Below, one piece after another: positions 39,377-51,362 of a DNA stretch of 64,000 nt. The notes under the pieces are model-generated. The model was not told the origin of the DNA, made no database searches, and was given only the letters and a program-made list of their open reading frames with translations. This DNA is from Macrostomum hystrix (taxonomy: Eukaryota > Animalia > Platyhelminthes), in assembly GCA_950097015.1 (NCBI GenBank), contig CATNEN010000007.1, positions 6,448,001 to 6,512,000 on the forward strand, written 5' to 3'. Position 1 is the stretch's first letter; each line of letters starts with the position of its first letter. Both the position numbers and the translations under genes were made by a program.

Positions 39377-39560
39377 CCTGACAGCGGGTGTTGGCGGGCT
39401 CTCATAGAAATCAATAGAAATCATATAAGAAGGAATGCATGTCAGAACTTACCTGATAACTAGTTTTCTCCGGGCGCTTCGACAGAATCCGTACCAGTGT
39501 GGGTCCGCGCTAGAGTTTGAGCAGAGTCGCTGCGGGTCTCTCAAGCGTGGGCCCGCCTTC

Positions 39561-39630
39561 TTATATAGAATCGGCCGACCAATGACTGCCTCCCAACCAG
39601 TCCGGGGGCGGGCAAAGCGGGGGCGGCGGG
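39561..39630 (-). promoter_or_regulatory. TATA + CCAAT + GC-box promoter of the Cys-rich peptide gene
   Basis: TATATAA at 39567-39561, CCAAT at 39579-39583, GGGGCGGG boxes at ~39604-39630. Confidence 0.6.
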
Positions 39631-40966
39631 TTTTCCAGGAAGTGAGCGTGACGATGCTGCAAACCGCTTGGCCAAGAATCAAAGTACCCTTAACCTTTTT
39701 ACCTGTTTCTGCATCTTCATTGCTATATCATTGCGCCTGTCATTGAAATTTCTGCCGCATAAACTGGGCACTCAATCAATCTTGTCTGCTCTATTCTATC
39801 AAATATCGTAAAATATCAATAGTTAGTTTTTGTGTAGAATGCAGACTAGAAAACTAGCGGCCGTTGATTTTAGTTTTGTTTTGCTTTTCGAGAAATCTGA
39901 GATATCGTGGAGATATCCTGCGATTCTTGGCGGATTGGTGGATTTGCCACCAGACACGCCGACGAGAACCGTTGAATATCTCGACAATGCCGATGTTACG
40001 CGGTTGTTTCATCGGATAGAGCGGAAATTTCGATGTCGATTGGTTGAATATTTTTGGAGATACAGAAAAAGAAAAATCAGGGTATTTGAAATACCTCGTG
40101 GTCTTCCTACTATTAATTAGAAGGACCTGTACCTCTGCTTCATTTCACTAATCGATTTCAAAAGCAGCCAAAATACAAAAGTTTCGCGGTTAATCTGAAA
40201 CCGAAGGTCCAAAAGTCTCAGACAGGAGATTCAACAACCGAATCGACTTAAATTTTGAAACCTGCAGTTTTTTCGACTATATAGCTCGTACAAATCCTTT
40301 AATTAAAAAAGCATTTGTTTACTTCGAAACAGCGAATGATAATAGATCTCTATAAAATATCTTTAACGAATGATCTCTATAAATAAATAGACAGAAACTC
40401 GTCTACGCTACCTCAGATCACATTGACGAAAATGTTATATATAGCTTAAAAATAGAGAACTGCAGTCAAAAATTAATTGTAGTTAAAACAAAAAAGCTAG
40501 CTTCCATTATCTTCTAAAATTTCCGAATCAGTCGCGACATGCTGACTGCAGAAATGAAATTTTTTGTTTGTACTTTTATGTTACGAGCTCCGAAGTTCAG
40601 TTTTTTTATTGAGAAAGGTGTAGGAAAGGTCAATTAGTGCTCGTTAAAAACTGCTAACTAAAATTGAAGTTGTTTTTAGGCCAAAAAAAGTCATCGTTTC
40701 TCTGACGCTGTGATAGGACTGAAGTGTGCCATAATTATGAGTTTCCTGAAATCACAGGAAAGTCACGCCTTGTCTGATAATGATCTGCTGCGATACCTGA
40801 CTGCATCCTTGTTATAAACTAATCTTCTAACCGCTAAACTTCTCTGTATTGGTGTGCGACAAAGTGTGCAACATCCGGAACTGGAATTCCAACCTGCCTA
40901 CTGTTAGTACAAACATGAAAATTTCTCTGTTTAATCCTACGAGTTTTTTTAGTTCGTTTTTCGTTT

Positions 40967-41389
40967 ATAATAATAAAAGAAATAAAAATAATAATTGCAG
41001 GAGGCCTGTGGGCAATGGCACACCATTTGGTGACACTAGACCCGCAGCCACCGAGGATCAATTCTGCCCATTTCTCTGACTCCTGAGCACACACGCACAC
41101 AGATACTGTACGCAGGCGAAACGAATTGTAGTTATACTCACACACTCACACAAGGTGTGTAAATCTGCCCCTGACTTTCTCATCGTCAGGCAATTACACT
41201 GACGATGTATACCCCGTACACTCTCACTGTGCCTTGGAGGTCAGCCCTCAAGGCCGTAAATTGCACGACAAGCCCCCAAGCCTTCTCTCCGCGGCTGCGC
41301 CCCAAATCAATGTGGCCTCGCCGCGGAATCGAACTTAGGGACCCTTGTGCGAGAGGCAAACGCGTCAGGCCGCTCTGCCACCGACCCCC
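40967..41389 (-). mobile_element. tRNA-derived SINE (second family)
   Basis: Minus-strand head GGGGTCGGTGGCAGAGCGG...AAGTTCGATTCCGCGGCGAGGCCA (A- and B-boxes); A/T-rich tail at ~40967-40996; candidate TSD TCGTTT at 40961-40966 and 41390-41395. Confidence 0.6.
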
Positions 41390-41535
41390 TCGTTTCAGTG
41401 CAACATCTGAGCAAACTGTTTGCTGTCCACAGCCAATGGGACACGGCCTTGCCAGAGGCAACAACACCAACCTCCTTCGCCCCGAATTCAAGTACCAGCG
41501 GGGAAGGCCGTGTTCCTGGCAGCAAGCTATCCAAC

Positions 41536-42637
41536 ATGTCGGCCACAGTCAAGAAGCTCGGCTCCTTTCCACCGAGTCGGCTAGGCCTGCCGCGGCCCGT
41601 CCTTCGCCTCCTTCTGACGATGTCGGCGAGGCGACCGCGGCAGAGGCTCCGCTGGCGGGTCAGCGTTCTTGAAGAGCCTGTTGGCGTCGTTCGACTCTGT
41701 CTGGAGTGGCGGCGGCAGCGGCTGCGAAGGCGACGACAGCAGCAGCAGCAGCAGCAGCAGAAAATTTCACCAAGGTTTGTATTTTTTGCTTCTGTGTCCC
41801 TTACATCACGATCCGAGCGAGTAAAAATTTAGTAAACCCGACCAAACTTTTCGCAGGGGCCTTCAAGATCAGCTTCAAAGCCAGCAGCCATGGCCCGATG
41901 GCGTCAACGGTGTGAAATCCGAAGACAAGTCAGGCGTTTGGAACGGAGGGCAGCATCGTTCAACACAGACACCGGGCCAGCCATTCTCATCGAGGCCGCC
42001 TCCGCCACTGCCAACGACACCACCGCCGCCGCAGCCGCAAAAGACACGCAACTACTCACCCGCCAGGCACCAGCCGAGACGAAGTCGATCCTTTGACTTC
42101 TTCGCCGACTCCGGACCGACAGCCCAGCCGTCGATTAATCTGTTGACGTCGAGATTACGGACGCCGTTTCTGCCGTCGCAGGAGTCGCAACGGCTGCCAA
42201 CGCAGCCAGCGCCACCGCGTCGTTCCGTCACTTTCCATGGCTGCGACGACTGCAAGGGCAGTGAAGGTGACAGTCGAGAGGCCCGCCGACAACGTCAGCA
42301 GCAGCCGGCGATGTCCAATATGGGACAAACGCAACATCCGCGCTTAGGCATCGGCGCGAGACTTCTGCGCGGATTCTGCGCCAAAATCGCCAACACCAGT
42401 CCGACCTCGCAGCCTCCGCCGCCTCCGCCGCCGCCTCCGCCGCCTCCGCCGCCTCCGCCGACGATGAGCTCATTGTCCTTGGAGTCGTCTGGCAGGCGAC
42501 AACGTCGACTGCGGCCAGTCAGTCTTGAGCGCGCAGTGCTGGAGGACAACCGACTGCCGCTGCTGCGTCAGCCGCCGCCACAGCAGCAGACTGCGGGCTC
42601 ACTGAGAGCGACGTCTGGGCAAACGACTTTTGTGTGA
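41536..42637 (+). CDS. Putative two-exon low-complexity (Pro/Gln/Arg/Ser-rich) orphan protein, ~339 aa
   Basis: CAACATG at 41536. Exon 41536-41774 and an 82-bp AT-rich intron (AG|GTTTGT...TTTTCGCAG) join in frame to exon 41857-42637. PolyQ and polyP tracts resemble those in other genes here. No recognisable domain. Confidence 0.45.
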
Positions 42638-42834
42638 CAGAATCGATCATCAGCAGTGACTGACCATGCACCTAGAAATACACTTTCTAAGTAGAGGCCA
42701 CTCCTGAACGCTTATGTCGCTTAAATTTTACCATAAATATACGGCATGCAGCAAAAAGTGCTTCATCAACTGCAATTTACAATCGGTTGCCTTGCAGAGA
42801 GAAGAGCTGACGACAGGTGGGAAAAACCTCTGGG

Positions 42835-43322
42835 CACACAGACAGATACCCAGAACAGACACTCAGAACACAACTGACAACAGACAGACAACCAGAACAG
42901 ACACTCAGAACACAACTGACAACAGACAGACAACCAGAACAGACAGACACCCAGAACAGACAGACACCCAGAACAGACACTCAGAACACAACTGACAACA
43001 CACAGACACCCAGAACAGACAGACACCCAGAACAGACACTCAGAACACAACTGACAACAGACAGACACCCAGAACAGACACTCAGAACACAACTGACAAC
43101 AGACAGACACCCAGAACACAACTGACAACAGACAGACACCCAGAACAGACAGACACCCAGAACAGACAGACACTGAGAATGAAGCAGACACTCAGAATGA
43201 AGCGGACACTCAGAATGAAGCAGACACTGAGAATGAAGCGGACACTGAGAATGAAGCGGACACTGAGAATGAAGCGGACACTGAGAATGAAGCAGACACT
43301 CAGAATGAAGCGGACACTCAGA
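42835..43322. repeat. Compound minisatellite: (cagacacccagaacaga..)n followed by 18-bp (gaatgaagcggacactga)n
   Basis: Seen directly. Confidence 0.9.
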
Positions 43323-43765
43323 GCGGGCGAATCCCGGACACTCCAGTCAGAAGCGAGCTCAAATTTGATGAGTTCACTGACCGCAGCAAATCGGTGCTCA
43401 AGTCTCTGGCTAGCAATTGCTGACCAGAAATGCAATCAATTACGGCTGCTCATTCTGCTCTCTCCAATCCCGGTCTCTTGCCTTTCCACTTTCTACTTGC
43501 GGTTTGATTTCCGCCCCGCGCAGTGAGACGCGGCCTCCGGATTATAAAGCTACGGATTAAGGGCCGCTAGCAGCAGCTGAGGGGAATCACATTTCCCCTT
43601 CCCCTTAGGGAGTTTGAGAGGCCGCATCTGGGTGGTTGGGTATCGGTTTGCGAAATGCCCATGCTGACAATCTTCTCTGTGTAATGGCGATTCACGTACA
43701 TTTTGCTCATTATGCTTGCTCATTTGCTATTGCCTGCTTCTGCTAGTCAGCGTCCGCTTTCGATC

Positions 43766-45485
43766 CAGCCATTCTCATACCCTGTATACCTGTGCTCCAG
43801 CCATTCTCATACCCTGTATACCTGTGCTCCAGCCATTCCCCCGACCCTGTACACCTGTGCTCCAGCCATTCCCCCGACCCTGTACACCTGTGCTCCAGCC
43901 ATTCCCCCGACCCTGTACACCTGTGCTCCAGCCATTCCCCCGACCCTGTACACCTGTGCTCCAGCCATTCCCCCGACCCTGTACACCTGTGCTCCAGCCA
44001 TTCCCCCGACCCTGTACACCTGTGCTCCAGCCATTCCCCCGACCCTGTACACCTGTGCTCCAGCCATTCCCCCGACCCTGTACACCTGTGCTCCAGCCAT
44101 TCCCCCGACCCTGTACACCTGTGCTCCAGCCATTCCCCCGACCCTGTACACCTGTGCTCCAGCCATTCCCCCGACCCTGTACACCTGTGCTCCAGCCATT
44201 CTCCCATGCCATGTACACCTGTGCTCCAGTCATTCTCCCATACCCTGTACACCAGTGCTCCAGTCATTCTCCCATACCCTGTACACCAGTGCTCCAGTCA
44301 TTCTCATACCCTGTACACCAGTGCTCCAGTCATTCTCCCATACCCTGTACACCAGCGCTCCAGTCATTCTCATACCCTATACACCAGTGCTCCAGTCATT
44401 CTCATACCCTGTACACCAGTGCTCCAGTCATTCTCATACCTTGTACACCAGTGCTCCAGTCATTCTCATACCCTGTACACCAGTGCTCCAGTCATTCTCA
44501 TACCCTGTACACCAGTGCTCCAGTCATTCTCATACCCTGTACACCAGTGCTCCAGTCATTCTCATACCTCGTACACCAGTTCTCCAGTCATTCTCATACC
44601 CTGTACACCAGTGCTCCAGTCATTCTCATACCCTGTACACCAGTGCTCCAGTCATTCCCATACCCTGTACACCAGTGCTCCAGTCATTCTCATACCCTGT
44701 ACACCAGTGCTCCAGTCATTCCCATACCCTGTACACCAGTGCTCCAGTCATTCTCATACCCTGTACACCAGTGCTCCAGTCATTCTCATACCCTGTACAC
44801 CAGTGCTCCAGTCATTCTCATACCCTGTACACCAGTGCTCCAGTCATTCTCATACCCTGTACACCAGTGCTCCAGTCATTCTCATACCTTGTACACCAGT
44901 GCTCCAGTCATTCTCATACCCTGTACACCAGTGCTCCAGTCATTCTCATACCTTGTACACCAGTGCTCCAGTCATTCTCATACCCTGTACACCAGTGCTC
45001 CAGTCATTCTCATACCCTGTACACCAGTGCTCCAGTCATTCTCATACCCTGTACACCAGTGCTCCAGTCATTCTCATACCTTGTACACCAGTGCTCCAGT
45101 CATTCTCATACCTTGTACACCAGTGCTCCAGTCATTCTCATACCCTGTACACCAGTGCTCCAGTCATTCTCATACCCTGTACACCAGTGCTCCAGTCATT
45201 CTCATACCCTGTACACCAGTGCTCCAGTCATTCTCATACCTTGTACACCAGTGCTCCAGTCATTCTCATACCCTGTACACCAGTGCTCCAGTCATTCTCA
45301 TACCCTGTACACCAGTGCTCCAGTCATTCTCATACCCTGTACACCAGTGCTCCAGTCATTCTCATACCCTGTACACCAGTGCTCCAGTCATTCTCATACC
45401 CTGTACACCAGTGCTCCAGTCATTCTCATACCCTGTACACCAGTGCTCCAGTCATTCTCATACCCTGTATACCGGTACTCCAGCC
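43766..45485. repeat. 33/32-bp minisatellite (ccctgtacaccagtgctccagtcattctcata)
   Basis: A block of 33-bp units (to ~44200) followed by a block of 32-bp units. Confidence 0.97.
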
Positions 45486-46184
45486 AATCCATGGCTAGTT
45501 AATCCAGGTACCGAGTTTCTACAGAATCAACAGCAAAATGCGGTAATTTTGTTCGAGTAGTAATAAATTGTAAAACTGAGTTTATTAAGGACAAATTGAT
45601 ATGCATAAACATTTTGAGTAGAAAATAACTGGAAGGAATATAGGAGGCGAAATAAACCAGATTCATAATTAATTAGAACCACTGTTTTTTTGGAACAAGA
45701 GTCCGATAAAATTTCGATAGTGTAAATAGATAACAAGGTGTAAAAATGTAGCAAAATCTCTGGAAGAACACTTTTCAGGTGTAAATATTTTCGTGCAGGT
45801 AAGTTTTCGTTGATAGAATAAGCTGTGCAGAAAAATAAAACAAAAAGTTATTTCTGTTTCAATTTTAGCCAGCTGTAGTACAGTAAAAGTAAAGTTATTG
45901 AATAGTTTATTAATCAACAAACGTAAACTGAGACAAACAGGAACCTCGGCTTCGTTATCTTTTGCAAGCAGTTTTTTGTCTCTGGTATTTATTCCAGTAT
46001 GGCTTTGCTTTGATTTTCTGTCAAATCGTCAAATTGTCAGCATTTTGACAAAGACTGCTTGCCAAGAGCTAACGCAAGCAGCTCGCATCTCTAATATATG
46101 AGAGTCTGTTGAGGAACATTTAGCATAGATAAGCAACGGTACATTCAAATGGATTGGAGGTTCAGTCCTTGCTAGCTTGGCTTC

Positions 46185-49100
46185 TCACATGACATCGCAG
46201 AGAAGCGCCACGCCGCGCATCACCCAGTGATCGGCCGGCTGGTTGGTACGCAGCTTGATGGTGGCCACGTATGTCAGGTCGGTGCGCCGCGGCTTCTTGT
46301 AGATGGGGCACATGTACAGCCGCTCGTCCTTGCTGGCACCGTTGATGGCGTAGATGTGTACCACGGGCAGCGGCTCGTTGAGGATCTTCGGCCGCGCCTC
46401 CGTCAGGCGATTGTTCTTCCGGTCCCAGCCGGCGCCCTCGAGGAACAGGCCGTGTACGTAGACTCCCTCGGCTGGCGGGCTGTGCACATCGGCCAGCACC
46501 ATTTTGGTGACGTCATTGTGAAGCAGGACGCCGTCCAGGGCCCAGCCCTTGTGGGCGCGCGTCACCTCCTGACGCATGGCGGTCAGGAAGCCCTGCGGAT
46601 TGAAGAAGCCGGTCATCCAGAAGCAGTTCGGCCGGCCGTTGAACACCCAGGTGTTGAACTGCTGGTTCCTGTTGATCAGCTCCGTAAACCAGAAGCCGAG
46701 TGCCGATGAGTCCCAGGAGATTTTGCGCCACACCTGCGGTATCTTTGCATCGTACATGGAATCGAGAGCGTCACGCAGGTTCTCGTTCATGATGATGGTG
46801 CCATCGATGGCCAGCTTCAGGTCCGTGAGGGTGGTCCGCACCGCGGTGATTACGCGCTGCATGCGATCCACCTCCTGCCTGAGGAAGATGTTCATTGGCT
46901 GGAGCGCGCCCATCTTCTGCAACCGCTCTCTCACCTCAAACGGCACGTAATCATTTGGTAGTTTTTCCAGCAGGTCGTCGGCCTGCTTGTACACCACCGT
47001 CTCACGCGTCTCACCGGAGCCGCCGCCGGAGTCCTTCGGCTGGATGCTGAGAATACAATCCAGGATGGCCTTTGTGGTTCTGCCCTGGTAACTGATGTCC
47101 GCATTGGCGTGCAGGCCGAACACCTGAGGCGTGTCGTAGCCTGGCAGGTTCTGGATGTACTCCAGGTACTCGTTGAGCTTGGCAAACTTGGGAATGCTGT
47201 AGCCTTTATAGAACTCGAATGTCGGCTCGAACATGCGGTCCGAGAACCAGACCCGGCAGAAGGTGTTCAACAGGATCTTGTCGTAGTCATCCGTGACTCG
47301 GCCTCCGTACTGGATTTCGCCCAGCATGTAGCGCACGGTGTTCCAGTTCACGCCCTTCTTGATGTCCATGTCATCCAGGTGGTTCTGCACGAACTGGATG
47401 CTGGCGTTGAGATCGGCCGTGTTGAACTCGTAGGGAATATTCCAGCCGATTGGACCGAACTTCCTGCGCTCCTGGACCACGGTGTGGAGGAATGCGACGC
47501 AGTAGAGCATCGGGCGCCACTGCGGCATGTTGCTGATGTCTAGGAAGTCCTGCGTGAAGCTCGTGTAGGTTCGCTTGAGGCCAGCCTTAACGCCCTGCGG
47601 CGGCTCGTTGGTGAACTTGATGGACTGCTGCAGGAAGGAGATGGGGAACTTCTTGTGCACCTCGCAGGTTACCCAGAGGCTGAAATCCTCGTGAACATTC
47701 TCTGCCTCGATTAGCTGGTCCATAACTTCCAGCATGTAGTCCAGGGACAGGTGGCAGTTCTGCAGCAGCACCCAGCCACCGTTCTGCAGCGAGGTAGACA
47801 TCAGACGCCTCGCGTGGACTTCCTGACCCTGACCCATGGAGATCGCCTTGCACTCCTTCTTGTGCTTCTTGGCGAGTTGCTCGATGCTTGGCGTCGGATC
47901 CGAGCCCATCGACAGTAGGCCGACCATGGGTGTGCGCGGCTCCGACTCTTCCCACACGGCCTCGACATCCAGGATGACACCTTCGGCGAATTTCTCGCCC
48001 AGACTGTCCGAAATGTACTTCTTGGCTTGCGAGAGCGTGCGGTCCGGGCACCAGGACCGGATGAGCAGCAGGCGCCGGAAGGAGTCGAGGTTGGTGCTGT
48101 AGCCGTCGGGAATGATCTCCTCCTCGGGGGCTTCTTTGTCGAACCACTGCTTCCAGGCCTTCTCGCCGCGCGTAATCTGATCAAGGATGCCGGAGAATTG
48201 GTGCAGGTTGGACAGCTCGACCAGGTTGAGCCAGGTGGAGTCCAAGATCCACTTGTACGGCTTTGGCTGCACGACGTTCAGATCAAGCGATGCTCCACCC
48301 TTAATAAGTGTCTGAAACTCCTCGTGTTTCACCTTCTTCGAGTGCATGTCGATCTTGAGGGCCAGCAGCAGCGTGAAGGTCAGCTTGTCCTCTTCGTACA
48401 GTCCACGCGCAGCATACTTCCACACCTCGTAGGTCATGAAGTCGATGATGTTCGTGATTCGTTTGGCTGTGATTGGGGACTTTGTCGATCTATCCATCGA
48501 CAGGTCGAAAAGACCAAGGAACTGCCTGAGCGAGGTCTGGTACATGACGTTCACCATGGACATTTCAGTGATGAGGAAGTACAGGATGGAGCCGCGGGAA
48601 GCCACTGGGCGGTACTCCTCACGGGCGGAGGCGATCTTGATCTGGGTCTCCTTGGCGATTTCGATTTTCTGGCGCACATCGGACGAAGTGACTTTTGTTT
48701 CCTTCAGCACGCCGATGAGCTCCTCATCGTCCACCAGAGATCCCTGAGTGCTGGTTAGCCGGTACAGCAGCGTGTCCTCCAGGTTCTTCATGATCTTGTT
48801 GTTGTTGGTCACGTCCTCCATCAGCTGCACCCGCTGCTCCTCCAGCTCCGCCTTCTCGGTCTTGATTACGCGACCCAATAGCTGGTCCTCCAGGCCCTTC
48901 ATTGTCACGGTGAAATCAATGATGCTAGTTCGGGCGAAGATCTCGGGCGTGTAGGACGGGTTCGGCAGCTTTGTTGTGATGAACAGGGAAAAGCCTTTGA
49001 GCACGTCTACCTCCTTGTCGCCAACCTTCACCTTCAGGGTAGAGCCCTGCTTGATAAAGTTTTTCTCCAGGACATTGTCCAGAGCGGGGTCGAGCTCCTC

Positions 49101-51362
49101 GTTGATGTCCTCAATCAGTAGCGGTCGTCCCAGAGACAGCGCATCTTCCAGATGCTGGCGGAAGTATTTGTGGTTGAGCGATGTGATCTGCAGCTCGTGC
49201 GCAGTCTCTCTGTTCTTCAGCCAGATCTTGCCCTGGCCCTGCGGATCAATCAGCAGTGGGAAGCGGCTGGCCTGGGTCACGATGATGCCGTTCTCCGTGC
49301 TCAGCTCGTCATTGGGCAGGCCCTGCAGGTTCCACTCGGCAATGGTGGTGGCCTCCACCAGCATCTCGATGAGGTTGAGCGTGTCGCTATAAGGAATCTT
49401 GCGCTCCTTCAGGTTCTTCTGCCAGTTCCGGTTCAGCAAGAGGCGGAAGTCCTGGTTGAAGGGACCCGAATACGACAGGAATGCTGTGGCCATCAGCACG
49501 TCACCGACCAGCCTACCGATCTGGGCCTTGTACTCCTTGCTCTGGCGCGTCCAGCGCTCCTTCTCGTCAGCCAGGCCGGTGATGAGCTGCTCGGCGGCAT
49601 TCATCTTCCTGCGGCAGGCGGCCGCATCTTCCTCCAGCGCCTGTTTCTTGCGCATCGCCTCCTCGTAGACTGCGCGCACCTTGGCCAGCTCAGCTTCCTT
49701 CTCGTCCAGGGTCTTCTGCGCCGCGGCCAGATCTTCGTTGGCCTTGTGCAGGCGGACCTCCTGCTTGGCGAGGTTGTCCTTAAGCGGCATCACCTCCTTG
49801 TTGATCCAGAAGAAGTCCTGCATGGCCTTGGTCCACGACAACAGGCCGGCGACGTTACCGCAGACGCGCTTGGCGGTCTCAAAGTTGTAGTCCTCCATCT
49901 CCAGGTAGGGCATGAGGAACTCAATGCTCTCCTCCGTCATTGAGTCCTTGGAGAACTGGACGAGCATGTTCAGGAAGCCGGTGTTGGACATGAGCTTGAG
50001 CGATTCGGCCCAGCTGGGCTTGGCGCAGGGCCGCTCCGGGTCCTGAGTCACCGGGTCCAGGTGGCGCTGGAACAGCATCAGCACGCAGTCCATGATGCGC
50101 ATGATGAGGTGTGGCGGCTTGCCCAGCTTGCGCACCGTGGCAATGTCGGCCGGCTTGATTGTATTCAACGCCTCCTCGGCCGCTTCCAAGGCCGGTCGGG
50201 CGGCCTCAAGCTTGCCCTCGGCGATGGCCTTGTCCTGCGCGATTGAGTCCACGATTGCCTGGGCACGGTCCTTCACAACCTGCACCTTGTTCTTGACCTC
50301 CTGAGCCGCCTGCTGCTGAATTGCCACCTGCTTGAGCACTTCCTCGGCCTCTCTGTTGGCAATGGCGAGCTCTTTCTCCTTCACAACGAGCTCCTCGCTG
50401 AGGATCTTGACAGACTCCTGGGCCTCGAGCAGCTTCTCAAGACCGCTGTCCATGCGGCCAGCCAGGCCCTGGTAGAATTGCAGCTTGTCCATGTAGATCT
50501 TCTTGTAGCCCTGCAGGAAGCTGAGGTATGACTTTGGCGTCACGTGGGTGCTGCGGCGGTACTTGTTGAAGTAGTCGACGCAGCTCTCTGCCACACCATC
50601 GTGCACAACGCCCATGGTCTGGATGAGGTCGTGTTTGACTGCGTCTGTGCACACAATCTCGAACTTGGACAGGAAGTGGTCGGCCACGGCCACCAGCGCA
50701 TCGCGCGGCCAGCGCTGGAACCAGTCCATTGTGCAGCCGGAGATCAGGGCCGGGAACTTCAGGGCCCGACTGCGGAATTTCTCACCGACTGGCGAGAAGC
50801 ACAGCACAACGTGCAGGTTCTGCCGGGTGCGGGATAGGAAGTACTCCTGCAGATTCTCGTTGGTTGGCGGTCGCCTCGGGAACTCCTTCTTCATTACGCC
50901 GATGAGCTCCTGGCAGATTTCGTCCATCTCGTCTCTGGGGAACAGGTTCGATACGACGCCCGAGGCCAGGACGTTGTTGAGGTACTCCAGGAAGCTCTCG
51001 TCCTTGATCTCATTATCCGTGAACACGAAGGTGATGCCCTTTCCCTGCTGGCCGGCGGTGCGGTACAGGAACTTCAGGTCCTCCATCAGGTTGGAGACGT
51101 TGTAGGAGCGGGTCAGGGTGATCTGGAAGGTCTTGTAGCCGGCGATGAAGGAGGCCAGGCGGGTGAGCGACTGTTTGCCAGAGCCGCCGACGCCCACCAG
51201 GAGAGCATTGCCGCGCGGCGTGCTGATGATGCGCGAGATTTTCACCAGGTGGGTCATGGCGTCCTGGAAGAACACCAGGTCCATGCCGGCGCCGCGGATG
51301 CTCTCGTTGTACTGGCTCATGAAGTGACGGAGGCGCTCGCTGAGGGCCTCAAAGGACGGGAT
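46185..51362 (-). CDS. DNAH5: Dynein heavy chain last exon (AAA4, stalk/MTBD, AAA5-6, C-terminal domain)
   Basis: 1748-aa ORF; acceptor ccgcag|ATC at 51362. Confidence 0.95.
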   Translation of the reverse strand: MPSFEALSERLRHFMSQYNESIRGAGMDLVFFQDAMTHLVKISRIISTPRGNALLVGVGGSGKQSLTRLASFIAGYKTFQITLTRSYNVSNLMEDLKFLYRTAGQQGKGITFVFTDNEIKDESFLEYLNNVLASGVVSNLFPRDEMDEICQELIGVMKKEFPRRPPTNENLQEYFLSRTRQNLHVVLCFSPVGEKFRSRALKFPALISGCTMDWFQRWPRDALVAVADHFLSKFEIVCTDAVKHDLIQTMGVVHDGVAESCVDYFNKYRRSTHVTPKSYLSFLQGYKKIYMDKLQFYQGLAGRMDSGLEKLLEAQESVKILSEELVVKEKELAIANREAEEVLKQVAIQQQAAQEVKNKVQVVKDRAQAIVDSIAQDKAIAEGKLEAARPALEAAEEALNTIKPADIATVRKLGKPPHLIMRIMDCVLMLFQRHLDPVTQDPERPCAKPSWAESLKLMSNTGFLNMLVQFSKDSMTEESIEFLMPYLEMEDYNFETAKRVCGNVAGLLSWTKAMQDFFWINKEVMPLKDNLAKQEVRLHKANEDLAAAQKTLDEKEAELAKVRAVYEEAMRKKQALEEDAAACRRKMNAAEQLITGLADEKERWTRQSKEYKAQIGRLVGDVLMATAFLSYSGPFNQDFRLLLNRNWQKNLKERKIPYSDTLNLIEMLVEATTIAEWNLQGLPNDELSTENGIIVTQASRFPLLIDPQGQGKIWLKNRETAHELQITSLNHKYFRQHLEDALSLGRPLLIEDINEELDPALDNVLEKNFIKQGSTLKVKVGDKEVDVLKGFSLFITTKLPNPSYTPEIFARTSIIDFTVTMKGLEDQLLGRVIKTEKAELEEQRVQLMEDVTNNNKIMKNLEDTLLYRLTSTQGSLVDDEELIGVLKETKVTSSDVRQKIEIAKETQIKIASAREEYRPVASRGSILYFLITEMSMVNVMYQTSLRQFLGLFDLSMDRSTKSPITAKRITNIIDFMTYEVWKYAARGLYEEDKLTFTLLLALKIDMHSKKVKHEEFQTLIKGGASLDLNVVQPKPYKWILDSTWLNLVELSNLHQFSGILDQITRGEKAWKQWFDKEAPEEEIIPDGYSTNLDSFRRLLLIRSWCPDRTLSQAKKYISDSLGEKFAEGVILDVEAVWEESEPRTPMVGLLSMGSDPTPSIEQLAKKHKKECKAISMGQGQEVHARRLMSTSLQNGGWVLLQNCHLSLDYMLEVMDQLIEAENVHEDFSLWVTCEVHKKFPISFLQQSIKFTNEPPQGVKAGLKRTYTSFTQDFLDISNMPQWRPMLYCVAFLHTVVQERRKFGPIGWNIPYEFNTADLNASIQFVQNHLDDMDIKKGVNWNTVRYMLGEIQYGGRVTDDYDKILLNTFCRVWFSDRMFEPTFEFYKGYSIPKFAKLNEYLEYIQNLPGYDTPQVFGLHANADISYQGRTTKAILDCILSIQPKDSGGGSGETRETVVYKQADDLLEKLPNDYVPFEVRERLQKMGALQPMNIFLRQEVDRMQRVITAVRTTLTDLKLAIDGTIIMNENLRDALDSMYDAKIPQVWRKISWDSSALGFWFTELINRNQQFNTWVFNGRPNCFWMTGFFNPQGFLTAMRQEVTRAHKGWALDGVLLHNDVTKMVLADVHSPPAEGVYVHGLFLEGAGWDRKNNRLTEARPKILNEPLPVVHIYAINGASKDERLYMCPIYKKPRRTDLTYVATIKLRTNQPADHWVMRGVALLCDVM

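Noticed and set aside
39845-40125. Possible non-autonomous Helitron-like element (minus strand TC...CTAG)
   Set aside because: There is no clear 3' hairpin or A/T insertion site, so it cannot be supported without a copy-number search.
41205-41672. 155-aa ORF MYTPY...
   Set aside because: It starts within the antisense SINE body and has no coding features.
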